A stretch of 64,000 nucleotides of DNA, from positions 930,001 to 994,000 of the forward strand of contig OU015566.1 of the NCBI GenBank assembly GCA_907165135.1, in the 5' to 3' direction. The DNA is from Oikopleura dioica. Lineage: Eukaryota; Animalia; Chordata. Shown here one piece after another: positions 28,917 to 39,823 of this stretch. A program made the position numbers and the translations under genes. The notes below the pieces were generated by a model. It was not told the DNA's origin and did not search any database. It saw only the letters and a list, made by a program, of their open reading frames with translations. The stretch's first letter is position 1. Each line of letters starts with the position of its first letter.

Positions 28917-29417
28917 AAAAAAAGAACATTAGTTTCCGAGATTATTTTAAAATCTTTCCCAAGTTTGCATCTGCTTGACTCTTCTATGTTTTCTTTTGGT
29001 CAGCAATTATTTTTTCTTCCTCTCCGACCTTATTTTGTCCACTGGAGTGTTGTTTGAAAATGGCGAGCTGATTTATCTTTGCACGATGCTAGAAATCCTG
29101 TCTGTTTCTGCTGAAATGGTTCATCAATTGAGCGAGTTATGGTTTTATTTTTACCCGAAAAATCGGCAAAAAATGTCAATTCCGATTTTTTCGTAAATTT
29201 TTTTCAAAAAAAATGCCCGTAACTCTAAAAAAAGAACATCCCGTATTACGATAATCAACGGCGGCTGATCATACAATTTTTGACAAGCGGCTCTGGCGTT
29301 TTCTGCTCTTTATCTTCGTGCTTTCTCGTCTACACAACCCGTATCGCTAATGATGACGAATTTAGACTTTATCGGGTAAACTCAATAATCATCATTTGTT
29401 TCAATAATCATTTTCAG

Positions 29418-29786
29418 TCCTGCGATGGTGCAAATTTTTCAATAACAAATTATCTCAAAGCGTGTTATTATGGCGTCTCTTGTTTGGTCATACATTTGGC
29501 GACTTTTTGCTACCAGAGTTTCAATCTCCAAGAAATCATTTGCCAATCTCAGTGAAAGCATTGAAATCATGGAAGAGTTTTTAAAATATATTTGGTAAAT
29601 GAAAATAACAGTTCATGGAAGTTTATTTTTGACTACTTGGTGGGATTCACGAAATCAGCAGAAGCGCTATTTTCATGCAATTACGGAGAAGAATATTATT
29701 CCGAAAATAATCATTACGAAACCCGAATAAATACAAAAGTTCAGACCTATTTCTCGTTTTTCGAAAAATTAAAGATCTTGTTTTGA
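29418..29786 (+). pseudogene. Unknown-function gene, duplicate copy 1, frameshifted
   Basis: SQSVLLWRLLFGHTFGDFLLPEFQSPRNHLPISVKALKSWK, then a +1 shift before NENNSSWKF, relative to copy 2. Confidence 0.5.
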
Positions 29787-29887
29787 ACAGTGAAGAAAGT
29801 AGTTCTGAGAAAATTGTGAGGAGTCGGGTTATTTTTGAAAAAGATATTGAAATAAACATAACAAATAAATCATAACTGATTCATTAC

Positions 29888-31240
29888 TTATGAGATTAAA
29901 AAATCAGAGAAAACAGAAAAAGATGAGTCCGGACTAGAACCATAAACAGAACCAGATTGAAGATAAACATCAATTTTATCATTTGCTTTTAGATCAAGAA
30001 CCGCAGCTGCTGTTATTGAGGATTGAGAATCCTAAATACGCATGAATGATATTTAGATGTAAAAAAAAAAAGATTTTTTATTCGTGAAAACTTACCTTAG
30101 ATTAAACATGTGAAATTGATTTTGAATTATCTCGTACCATGAGATTTTTTTCTAAAGGGAGATCTGAGAATCTGAGGGTCCTAAGCCCTCTGGGACTCTC
30201 AGTTTAGCCGCGCGCGCCTAGCGCGGCTAACCAATCAAATGAAGGTATTCTTCCGCAGTGCGCCGCACTCTAAATTCTTTATTCTGAGGTACCCAACAGG
30301 AGCTGAAAGAAATTTCTAGACTTCCCCGAAAGTGAAACGGGGAAGCGAGGCCAGGGGCCTTCTCCCTCTCTAAAAAAATCTCATGGTATCTTTATCCCAG
30401 TTTGACCATTCGCCTTTTTGGATTTCAAATTACATGAACATTCTATCAAATAAAAAATACTTATACAAGGAAGACTCTATATTTTAAAATTAATGATACA
30501 TATAAATAATCAGCGAAAACCAATGCCCAAGCGGCAGCAGTGAAAGAATATAAGCCGTCGGTTGGTGCAGTGAAAATGCCAGTACCATGATCAGGATTGA
30601 TATCATTCAAATTCATAAGAACATCATTGAAAGGAATGACATTCTCTTTGGACCTGAATGTTTCTGCTCTAAAAGCAACTCGTGGTTTTGGCTCACATGC
30701 TTTGCCTGGCTCTCCTTGTTCTCCAGGTTTTCCAATTGGGCCTCGCTCGCCGATAATACCAGCATCTCCTTTCAGTCCAATAGGGCCGGGCTCTCCGATT
30801 CCGATGTCGCCTTTTTCACCGACAGGGCCCCTCGCGCCCTTTTCTCCAGTAAGCCCGTCTCGCCCGTCTCTTCCATCTCTTCCTCTTAAAAGATAACCAC
30901 CAGATAAACACTGGGTCTCATTGACTCTTGTCTCAAGAAATCCCTTTTGCGGCCTTGACATAACACCACATTCGTTGATCGCATCGGTAAAGTCCGCAGG
31001 ACATTTTCTTGTGCATTCGAAATTGACGCTTTAGCAGATTTTAATATCTCTTCTATAATTTTAGATTTGTTTAAAATCCGTGTATGGCAATTAGATAGGC
31101 ATGATTCCAGCACTTCTTCAGCTGAATTTGAGTCAACAAAGGGGTTTATAAATCAATATGTTACTTTTCTCTCTGCATCTTGCTCGAATGTCCTGACAAA
31201 GACTTGACACTACAAGTAAACTTAAAATCAACAATCTCAT
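29888..31240 (-). pseudogene. Collagen + C1q-domain protein, copy 1, probably inactivated
   Basis: Signal peptide MRLLILSLLVVSSLC, Gly-X-Y run, VAFRA..TGIFTAPTDGLYSF, last exon AVLDLKANDKIDVYL..FSDFLIS*. A MITE interrupts the IKIRDN exon and an in-frame TAA sits at 30102-30104. Confidence 0.7.
30137..30386. mobile_element. 250-bp MITE with TA TSD (Tc1/mariner-like)
   Basis: TA-ccatgagattttttt..gggaga / tctccc..aaaaaaatctcatgg-TA. Confidence 0.85.
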
Positions 31241-31439
31241 TTTTAAAACTGAGGAAGGATCAGATAAAGTACTCGTTGTAGAGCGAGAATTATTTCCTCA
31301 AATAAGATGGAATCAAAACATTATGAAGCCAAAAATACCAGAGGCTCTGGTCAGTTACTGTAATGTCAAGCTTTAGAACGAAAGAACTTATTCTGAATAA
31401 GTTATTCATCGGAATCAATTTTTGCTTCCTGCTTCATTA

Positions 31440-31788
31440 CCAAAAATCATCACCAACTTTTTCGATAACAAAATATCTCAAAGCATGTTATTATGGCGTT
31501 TTTTGTTTGGTCATTCATTTGGCCACATTTGGCCTACCAGAGCTCCAATCTGCAAGAAATCATTTGCCAACAACAGTGAAAGCATTGAAATCATGGAAGT
31601 GTATTTTAAGAATTTTGCAAAATGAAAATAACAGTTCATGGAAGTTTATTTATTATTTATTATTCGCGAAGCCAGCAGAAGCGCTATTTTCATACACTTA
31701 CGGAGAAAAATATTATTCCGAAAACAATCATAACGAAACCCGAATGAATATCAAACTTCAACATTTTTTTGTTCAACTTAAAAAGTAA
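31440..31788 (+). pseudogene. Unknown-function gene, duplicate copy 2, frameshifted at a different site
   Basis: SQSMLLWRFLFGHSFGH, then a +1 shift before LPELQSARNHLPTTVKALKSWK. Confidence 0.5.
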
Positions 31789-32195
31789 GCCTCGAGTGAG
31801 AATCTATTACAGGATGTGAGCTGAAGGCAAAGAATAAAGGAAATCGAATAACCAGAAAAATATGCCATGTAACATCGGCTGTTACTATCAGGGCTTGCAA
31901 TAACACGGTTTATGGCGAAAACCCGGAAAATAATTTGTACTATTAAGTGAATTTAAGGAATTTCAATCACACGGTTTTAAGGGATCCCCCCCCCGATTTG
32001 TTGTTGCGGAACAAAAATATGTGATTTTCTGAATCTGGGTTTTGATTGGCTGGTAGGTCAAGGACAGCAATCTTATTGGCTATCCAAAATCACTTCCATT
32101 TCTTGGTTTGTGCAGTTTTAAGGGAAAATCTCAGAAAAAATCAGTAAAATTGCAAACTCTGACTGAACATGGGCCATGTTTATAGGCAACAGCTA

Positions 32196-33772
32196 TTATG
32201 AATGAAGAAATCCAGAAAACATTGAATATGTTTCAAATTCTGATGAATGAGAGTTAGAGGCGTAAACACTGCCTGAATTCAGAATGACATCAACTTTATC
32301 ATTCTCTTCAAGTACAAGGAACAAAGAAGCTGTAAACGTTTCAGATTTAGTCTAAACAATCCTGAGTTATTCAGATTTTTTTATCCTTTATTCAACCTCT
32401 GCACGGGCAAATGCAGCATTTTTTCCATTGTAGCGAATTCTGAACATAGAAGACGAGCTTTGACTCTTTTTTTTTGTTCATTTTATAATTTCGTTTAATG
32501 CAAACTGATTTACAGTCGACTGCCACAATTAGGACTGCCGCAATAAGGCTCTTTTTGGCAAAACACCAAAACTTGACTGGGTGTTTTTAGAAATTAAGAA
32601 AGTTTTTCTATAGAGGACTTAATTCTGCCAGTCGACTCTAAACAAATTAATAATTTTACAACTGTTTTAGAATGGATTCCTTTAACCCCTGCCCGCATAT
32701 CGACCTACGCGTAGGTAAATTGACTTTTAAACGAAATTATGCTTTCGAAAAAACGACATTTGTTGACATTTGATATTTGATATATGAAAATTGATTATGT
32801 CCAAAAGATAGCTCAGACTTTGATCTTTCCCTCTATGTCCTTTAAAAAATTTTATCACGGCCGAAACACCCTAAAAAGGCCCGACCTACGCGTAGGTCGA
32901 TATGCGGGCAGGGGTCACAAATTTTCCATGCGGGCAGGGGTTAAAAAACAGTCCCTGAAGACTAGCAGTAAAAAAATAGATACCGTCTACGGGGGCAGTG
33001 AATATGCCAGTTGAAGCATCATACGCACCATTATCAGGATTGATTTCATTCAGATTCATAAATACTTTTTTGAACGGAATGACTTTGTTGGTAGTGGTGA
33101 ATGTGCTCGTAAGTCCAGCCCTGAAAGCAACACGAGGTTTTGGCTCACATGCTTTGCCTGACTCTCCTTTTTCTCCAGGTTTTCCAATTAAACCTTGCTT
33201 GCCAATTATACCAGCATCTCCTTTTGGTCCGTTAGGGCCGGGCTCTCCGATTCCGATGTCTCCTTTCGCGCCAACTGGTCCTCTTTCTCCTTTTTCTCCC
33301 GGCTGACCGATAGGACCAGGCTTTCCGATTCCAATATCCCCCTTTTCGCCAATTGGGCCCCTTGCCCCTTTTTCTCCAGTAAGTCCATCTCGGCCATCCC
33401 TTCCATCTCTTCCTCTTAGATAATGTCCAGCAGAAATGCATTGTGTTTCATTATAACTCTGCTCCAGAAAAGGGAGAGTCGACCTTGACAAACCGTCACA
33501 TTCATGAATTTCATCCGTGAAATCTGCGCGGCATTTTCTTGTGCAGTCGATATTTCGGCTTTATTGATTTTAATAAATTTAATAAAATTATTCATCTTTA
33601 TTTTAAATCCGCTTATGACAATAAGTTAGGCATTTCTCCAGCTTTTTCTCCGCTAAATTAATTTGAAAGTATTCGTATTTTTAAACTTTCTCTTACTTAT
33701 TTCTTTGCATCGGGATAGAATGTCCTGACAAAAAGATGACCAGGCGAGCAAAATGCAAAGAAGAAATCTCAT
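32196..33772 (-). CDS. Collagen + C1q-domain secreted protein, copy 2
   Basis: Signal peptide MRFLLCILLAWSSFC, longer Gly-X-Y run, YDASTGIFTAPVDGIYFF, FRIRYNG exon, last exon LVLEENDKVDV..FSGFLHS*. Confidence 0.85.
32686..32940. mobile_element. piggyBac-like MITE (TTAA-CCCC ends), probably intronic in C1q copy 2
   Basis: TTAA 32682-85 and 32941-44; outer 13-bp TIR cccctgcccgcat; a 31-bp perfect inverted copy of the left end at 32884-32914. Confidence 0.92.
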
Positions 33773-34131
33773 TTTTAAAACTGAGGAAAGACCAGAAAAA
33801 CTTCTCATTTTTATGTGAGCAAAATTTCCTCCAAGAAAGATGGAATCAAAATATTCAGAAGCCGAAAATAATAAACTTTTTGGCCAGCTACTGTAAGTCC
33901 AAGGAAAGAATTCATCATCAAAATCAGTATTTCCGCGAAAAAAATCAGGATGACCTTGTGACTCTGTCGGTCCATAACAAAGCGATCAGCATTTACATCT
34001 GATCGGATATGTTTTTTCCTTCAACTCGCCGCGGGGCGATAAGGATCCCCCCTCCACTGACTGCACCTGAACAGCTGTTTCCGACCTTGGGCGCTATTAC
34101 GATTTTATTGGACTTGTCCGCGATTTCACGC

Positions 34132-34146
34132 ATATATAACCCGCCC
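34132..34146 (+). promoter_or_regulatory. TATA-containing 15-mer atatataacccgccc, 80 bp upstream of the T-box ATG
   Basis: Identical 15-mer at 52304-52318. Confidence 0.5.
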
Positions 34147-34211
34147 AAGAATTTTTGTTTATCACAATTAGTTCCGGTTCAAAACAAGAAAACAAGAGAT
34201 AAGACGAGAAC

Positions 34212-35529
34212 ATGGAAAATTTTCTCACCTATGATTTTTCAAGCGACGCCTTGGGGCAAATCGAAATCGGCCAGAGGCAAAATGACCCGAAATTGAACGT
34301 CAAATTGGCTGAAAGAGACCTTTGGGATGCATTTGACAACGTAAAAAATCAAGAAAAATAACTCAAAACGAGAAAATTGAACCGCCTTTATTAACCCCCC
34401 TTTTCAGGTTGGAACAGAAATGATCATCACAAAAACCGGTCGCCGAATGTTTCCTGGAATCAAAGTCAACATCTCCGGCATGGAGCCACACGAAAAATAC
34501 GTCGTCATTTTGGACTTCGCCAATGTCGATGAAAAACGGTACAAATTCTCAGATGGCGAATGGAAACTCGGGGGAAGATGCGAGCCAAATCATCCAAAAA
34601 GATTTTTCATCCACCCGGATTCGCCGAATACTGGAGATCATTGGCAACAAAAAACGGTAAGGAGCATTAATTTATTAAAGTTGAAATAATTATTAATTGT
34701 CTTTTGGGTACTCAGATATTGTGTATGATAAATGATGATAAATTATCAATGATTATGAAGTAGAAAAATTGGTTATCTTAAAAAAATCTTCAAATTTATG
34801 GTTTTTCAAATCGTATTCTTCCTTGATTCCAAGCCTCGAATTTCAATTCAGATCTCCTTCCGCGGCGCAAAACTGACCAACAACTTGATCAACGACCCCA
34901 ACATGATCGTCCTCAATTCCATGCACAAGTACCGCCCCCGCGTCCACGTGATCAAATGCTCCTCCCTCTCCGCCATCTCCTCTTCGCCCTTCTCCACCTT
35001 CGACTTCCCAAAAACATCGTTTATCGCCGTCACAGCTTACCAAAACACCGCAGTCACGAAGCTCAAAATCGCTCACAACCCCTTTGCCAAAGGTTTCCGC
35101 GAGCGAGCGCCTGCCAAAAAGCGCTCAGCGAATCAAAACGCTTCTGCTCCAAAACGACCGCGATCGCTCAGCCCAAGCAGCACCAATCAGATTCCGATCA
35201 TCGCTCATGAAAACTCCTGGTCCAGCGACTCCTACACCATCCCAGTCGAATATCCCCAGCAACCGTATTCCGTCTCGCCGACGCCAGACAGTCTACCAGA
35301 CAGCACGAATCAAGCAAATCCGCCGCAAATCTTCGCCGAAACCGCGATCTACCCACTGGACCATCTGGGGTATCAAAACCAATTCGAGCCGATTTCTCAA
35401 TTTCAACCTTTCTACACCCCGCCAAATATGAACCAGTATCAAAACTTCTACCCAGAAACTCATGGTTTCACCGCTGAACCAATTTTGAACCAAAATTTGG
35501 ACCAAAATCTCGTCTCTTTTCTCGAATAA
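34212..35529 (+). CDS. T-box transcription factor (3 exons; subfamily unresolved, not Brachyury)
   Basis: LWDAF / GTEMIITKTGRRMFP / HPDSPNTGDHW / KLTNN / LNSMHKYRPRVH / FIAVTAYQN..KIAHNPFAKGFR; introns ~34340-34408 and ~34657-34850. Confidence 0.95.
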
Positions 35530-35649
35530 GAACTTCTTCTTTTCCGCATGCATTTTTGTAAATAAAGAATCTTATATGAAAGTGTTTGTTTTTTTATTTG
35601 ATTATACATGATTAAAATTATTATCAAATATAATAAGGAGTATCATGAG

Positions 35650-36165
35650 TTTCTCATTACTCGGTGAGGACAGCAAGCTCATTTTCAGGAGCATCGGCAT
35701 CTTGGCTCAACAACCTGTGTAGAAAGCCTGAGTCAGGGTCTGAAAAAACTGAGATGAAAAGCCGCGAAGCGGCTTTTTTAAAAACGAAGCCGCTACGCGG
35801 CTTCGCCAGAATTTTTGACAGATTGTTTTGGTAATATTGGCGAAGCCGCTTTGCGGCTTCGTTTTTAAAAAAGCCGCTTCGCGGCTTTTCATCTCAGTTT
35901 TTTTCAGACCCTGACTTAGGCTTTCTACAGAGGTTGCTGAGCCCAAATCGGCATAGTCGATAAATGCTCTCATTCGTCGAAGTTCAGGGAGAGCTAGGAG
36001 CAATTCTAGACCGTGGAAAAAGAGAGGAAAACTCACCGGTGGCTGAGGACTTTTTCGCGGCGTCGGATCCATCGGCGAAGATTTGAGATTTTGTTCTTCC
36101 TTCTGAGCCTGTAGCGGTTCTGGTCTTTTTTGGAGATTTTGTGTGTTTTGCGCCTTCAGCGGTCA
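35650..36165 (-). CDS. Small hypothetical gene interrupted by a foldback MITE
   Basis: Spliced reading KSPKKTRTATG..SSAT|ELLLALPELRRMRAFIDYADL runs into the MITE. The frame beyond the MITE is ambiguous. Confidence 0.35.
35704..35943. mobile_element. Foldback MITE with ~105-bp near-perfect inverted arms
   Basis: 35704-35808 versus the reverse complement of 35838-35943 differ at only a few positions; ~30-bp loop. Confidence 0.9.
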
Positions 36166-36826
36166 GGATAAAGTTCTCATGATTGTTTTCAAAAAGAGAA
36201 TTTACTGTTAGAAAATTGACAAGATAGTATCGACGTTTTCTTGATTCTATCGATATTTTAGTAGAAAAAAGTCTTCATTGAAAAATGAAAACAATTCCCT
36301 CAACTCCCATTTTCTCCCAGAAAAAAGCAAAAGAAGCGCGAATGAGTTAACTTCACAACTGAACTTTTTTCCAAAAAACGAAGCTCATCAATAAACTCGT
36401 TCTAGAGAAAATTGACAATTGACAATTGTTGAATTTATTCTTTGATCAATGCGACGCGGAGAAATTAAGTATTTAGTACAAGAAATTGCCGTCGAGGTAG
36501 TCGACGAGGTCGAAATCGTTGAGAGGAGAGCGCTTTTGGGTGCGAAAGCGGAGATCGTCCTGCATTGCTTGTTCGAAGAAGTTTTTGAAGCAGCCAAGGC
36601 CGGATGATGAATCGCAATTTACTGAAATTTGAAGAATGAAGCGACGTGAATGAAAAATATGGTATTTTTAATTCAATCAAAATCGACAAAAACGAAAATT
36701 TTGGCCGAAAAATCTTAGTGAAATAGAAAACCAATCAAATTCCCTCATTATGCCGCTCGGCCAATCAGATTTTAAAAATCATTTGTCGTCGTTTTTTGTC
36801 GATTTGAGCGTCATTCCCTTTTTTTT

Positions 36827-36956
36827 GGGAGATGTCAGGAACCCACAAAAAATCTTGACCAATCAAAAGCATAGATTCGGCTAACCGGCCTATCATAACC
36901 CAAATAGCCGCCCACGCAAAATTTGTGGAAATTTTTGTCGGTTCCTGATTTTCTCC
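36827..36956. mobile_element. CCAAT-bearing MITE family, copy 4
   Basis: gggagatgtcaggaaccc..ccaatca..aaatttgtggaaatttttgtcggttcctgattttctcc. Confidence 0.75.
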
Positions 36957-37373
36957 GAAAAAAGCAATTTTCATACCTTCAGGCATTGGTGAGCCAGAAG
37001 TTAAGCTAATTATCGCCATCAATAAACCTTAAAAAATTGTAAGTTCTCGATTTTTTCTAGTTTGAAAATCTTACTTTTCATGGTGTTATTTTTCTAACTT
37101 CTTTTTGTTTGAGCGAAGTCGGAAGCTTCGTCGATTTATATGCGACAAAATGATGAATTATTTAGTTTGTCCTCAGAAGATTGCTTCGATTCAAATTTAA
37201 ATCCGTGCTCCATAAAGCCGCAGAATAATCGTTTGTGGCGTGATTTCGGGTTGGATTTAAAGAACGCCTGAATAAATTTAAAACAGACAATGGCTTTGTG
37301 TGACTTAATGAGAACCATACTGAAGTGTAAAGGATAATTTACAGTATACATGTAGCGAATATTCTCAACAAAC

Positions 37374-38791
37374 CAGAGTTGCAAATTTTTTGAGCAGGTG
37401 ATCAGCTCAGCTCAGAGTTGCAAATTTTCGAAATTTTTTCTGAGCTGAGCTTGCTGAGCTGAGGTCGAAATTGAGCTGAGTTGTCCACTTTGTGTTGGAG
37501 TCAAAACTTTGCACCCGGGAAGTCCGGGCAAAATCTCCAGCTGTACAAATAAGATGCAACGAGCCCACCGACAGGTGATAACTCCCGCAGAGGCTGCTCT
37601 CAGGCCAAACTCAGAGCAACTCTCGGCGTGAGATGTGTGAGGGCACTCTGAGCCCAAGATCAGGAATAAGCTGAGCCCCGGATGAGCCACAAAAGTAAAG
37701 ATTTGGAAGAGTAAAAAATAGAATTTGATGAAATTAGGGTTATCGAGAGCGTAGATTCCGAACCTAAGATCGAAAAAGTCTTTTAATGTACAAAATTTTT
37801 ATAAAATTTGCGGTCCCACACGATTTTTTCGAAATTGGCCATTTTTGACCGGCGCTCACGCCGACATTTTGAAAAATAATTTCATCTACAGGTAGATCAA
37901 ACCTTGATGAAGAGATGATGTAATCTAAAGAAGCGTATCTCAGCTTTTTCAAATTCAAAAATTTCATATTGAAATCAACGCGATCCAAATCAGATGTCAA
38001 AACAACGAATTTTTTTTTGACTTTTTCGCTCATTCAATCCTTATAATATAAAGATAGGGGCGTAGTTTATGAAGCAAAACTTTTTCGAATTCCGACTTTC
38101 GCAAAATCGTGTGGGACCCCCTTAAATTGATCAGGTATTGGTTTATTGGTTAGGTGTACATTAAAAGTCTTTTTAGACTTCAGATTCGGAATCCACGCCC
38201 TCGATTACCCTATTGGGCAAATTTTCATCAAATTCTATTTTATACTCTTCCATATTTTCACTTTTGTGGCTCATCCGTGGCTGAGCTTGATCCTGATCTT
38301 GGGCTCAGAGTGCCCTTAGATCGTATTTGATGAAGGGTTCACACATCTCACACCGAGAGTTGCTCTGAGTCGGGGCTTTGAGCAGCCTCCACGGGTGTTA
38401 GCACTTGTCGGTGGGAGCCTTGCATCCTGTTTGCTCAGTTGGAGACCTTGCCCGTATTTCCTAGGTGCCAAGTTTTGACCCCAACACAAAGTGGAGTGAG
38501 CTGTGGTTCCATCTTTGTGAGCTCAATAGACTGAGCTGAGCTAGCTGAGCTGAAGTCTAAATTGAGCTGAGCTGAGCTGACCCTCACCTCAAAATTGCAG
38601 ATAATTTCTGTAACAGCTAGCTCACAAAATTTGCAATTCTGGCTCAGCTCAATGATTTTCGAAAATGATCTGTTCTGGTCAGCTCAGCTCAAACAATTAT
38701 CACGCAGCTCAGCTCAGCTCAACTCAGAGAAATTTTCACTCAGATCATGTCAGCTCGGCTCAGCAGAAGTTAATCAAAATTTGCAACTCTA
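37374..38791. mobile_element. hAT-like element (outer copy) with (GCTGA)n subterminal repeats
   Basis: cagagttgcaaattt ... aaatttgcaactcta; flanks caacaaac / ctccaaac (6 of 8 match). Confidence 0.7.
37413..38641. mobile_element. hAT-like element (inner copy) nested in the same family, with long internal inverted arms
   Basis: TIR cagagttgcaaatttt / cagaattgcaaatttt; perfect 8-bp TSD gctcagct at 37405-37412 and 38642-38649. Confidence 0.9.
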
Positions 38792-39294
38792 CTCCAAACA
38801 AAATGTTATTTTTGAGATTTTATTTTTATAGATTTATGTACAGAATTTACCAAATTTATTTACAAAAGAAAAAAATTTACGCCACCTTGAACTTTCAGAA
38901 CAATTTAAATCTCTTAATCTTCTTCTCAGAAGTTTAGTTTCTTCGTCGATAATTTCTTGTTCTATGGCGAGTATAGCGACCGCGGTTTTGCTTGAACTCG
39001 TTGTAGAGCTTGAGACGATTGTCGGAGAGAACGAAGTTGCATCGGCGACGTCTGTAAATATTCCCTGAAAGAGAAATTGAGCATTTTCGAGTGAGAAAAA
39101 CAGGCTTACATCGCTTATTGACTTTTAATTTGTGGCAGAAGTTCCATCTCTTCTTGAATTGGTTAAAATTCGCTTCGGTTTTGAACAGATGAGTGAGCTA
39201 AAAAAAGAGTGAAGAAGGAACAGGTTATCTCAAACTTACATAACGAAGATTTGCAGTGCTCAAATCAATCGAAATATCAAAATATTTACTTCCA

Positions 39295-39485
39295 AGCTGA
39301 AGTTCTTCCAAGAAATCTTGCTCCATTTTTTCCTTTTCCTCTGAAGTAACTGTTTATACTGTGATTTTGATAAGCTATTTACCTTCAATTTCTTTATGAG
39401 CAGCTCCAACATAGCTGCCATGTCTGGCGATAGCGGCGAATTCATCAATCGTAGTACAACAAGGGCTCGTTGTTGTTGGTAAGAC

Positions 39486-39516
<31 letters not shown>

Positions 39517-39823
39517 AAAGCTGTTGTTGTTGGAGGAGGAGTTGTTGTTGGTTTTGTTGTCGTTGTTGGTGAGACAGTCGTTGTTGGAGTTGTCGTTGAG
39601 GGAAGTGTCGCCATTGTTGATGTTGATGTTGTGGTCATTGTTGTTGTTGATGTGGTGGTAGTGGTGGTGGTTGTAGTTGTCGTCGTTGTCGTTGTTGTTG
39701 TAGTAGTGGTTGTTGTTGTTGATGCCGGAGTTGTTGTAGCTGGAAGAACTGGTTCAGTTGTCCATCCAATTTCTTCCGCCTCGTACAACTCGCTCTCGAA
39801 ATTTCTTGTCGCTCGGGCAAGAC
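39295..39823 (-). CDS. Thr-rich mucin-like exon(s) of an unknown gene that extends on both sides
   Basis: Long ACA/ACC-type poly-Thr tract between GLARATRNFESELYE and PCCTTIDEFAAIARHGS; splice signals at both ends. Confidence 0.7.

Noticed and set aside
34212-35529. Brachyury assignment
   Set aside because: Diagnostic Brachyury residues are absent.
35960-36010. Nuclear-receptor helix-like LLLALPELRRM
   Set aside because: The match is too short, and no LBD or zinc-finger exons were found nearby.
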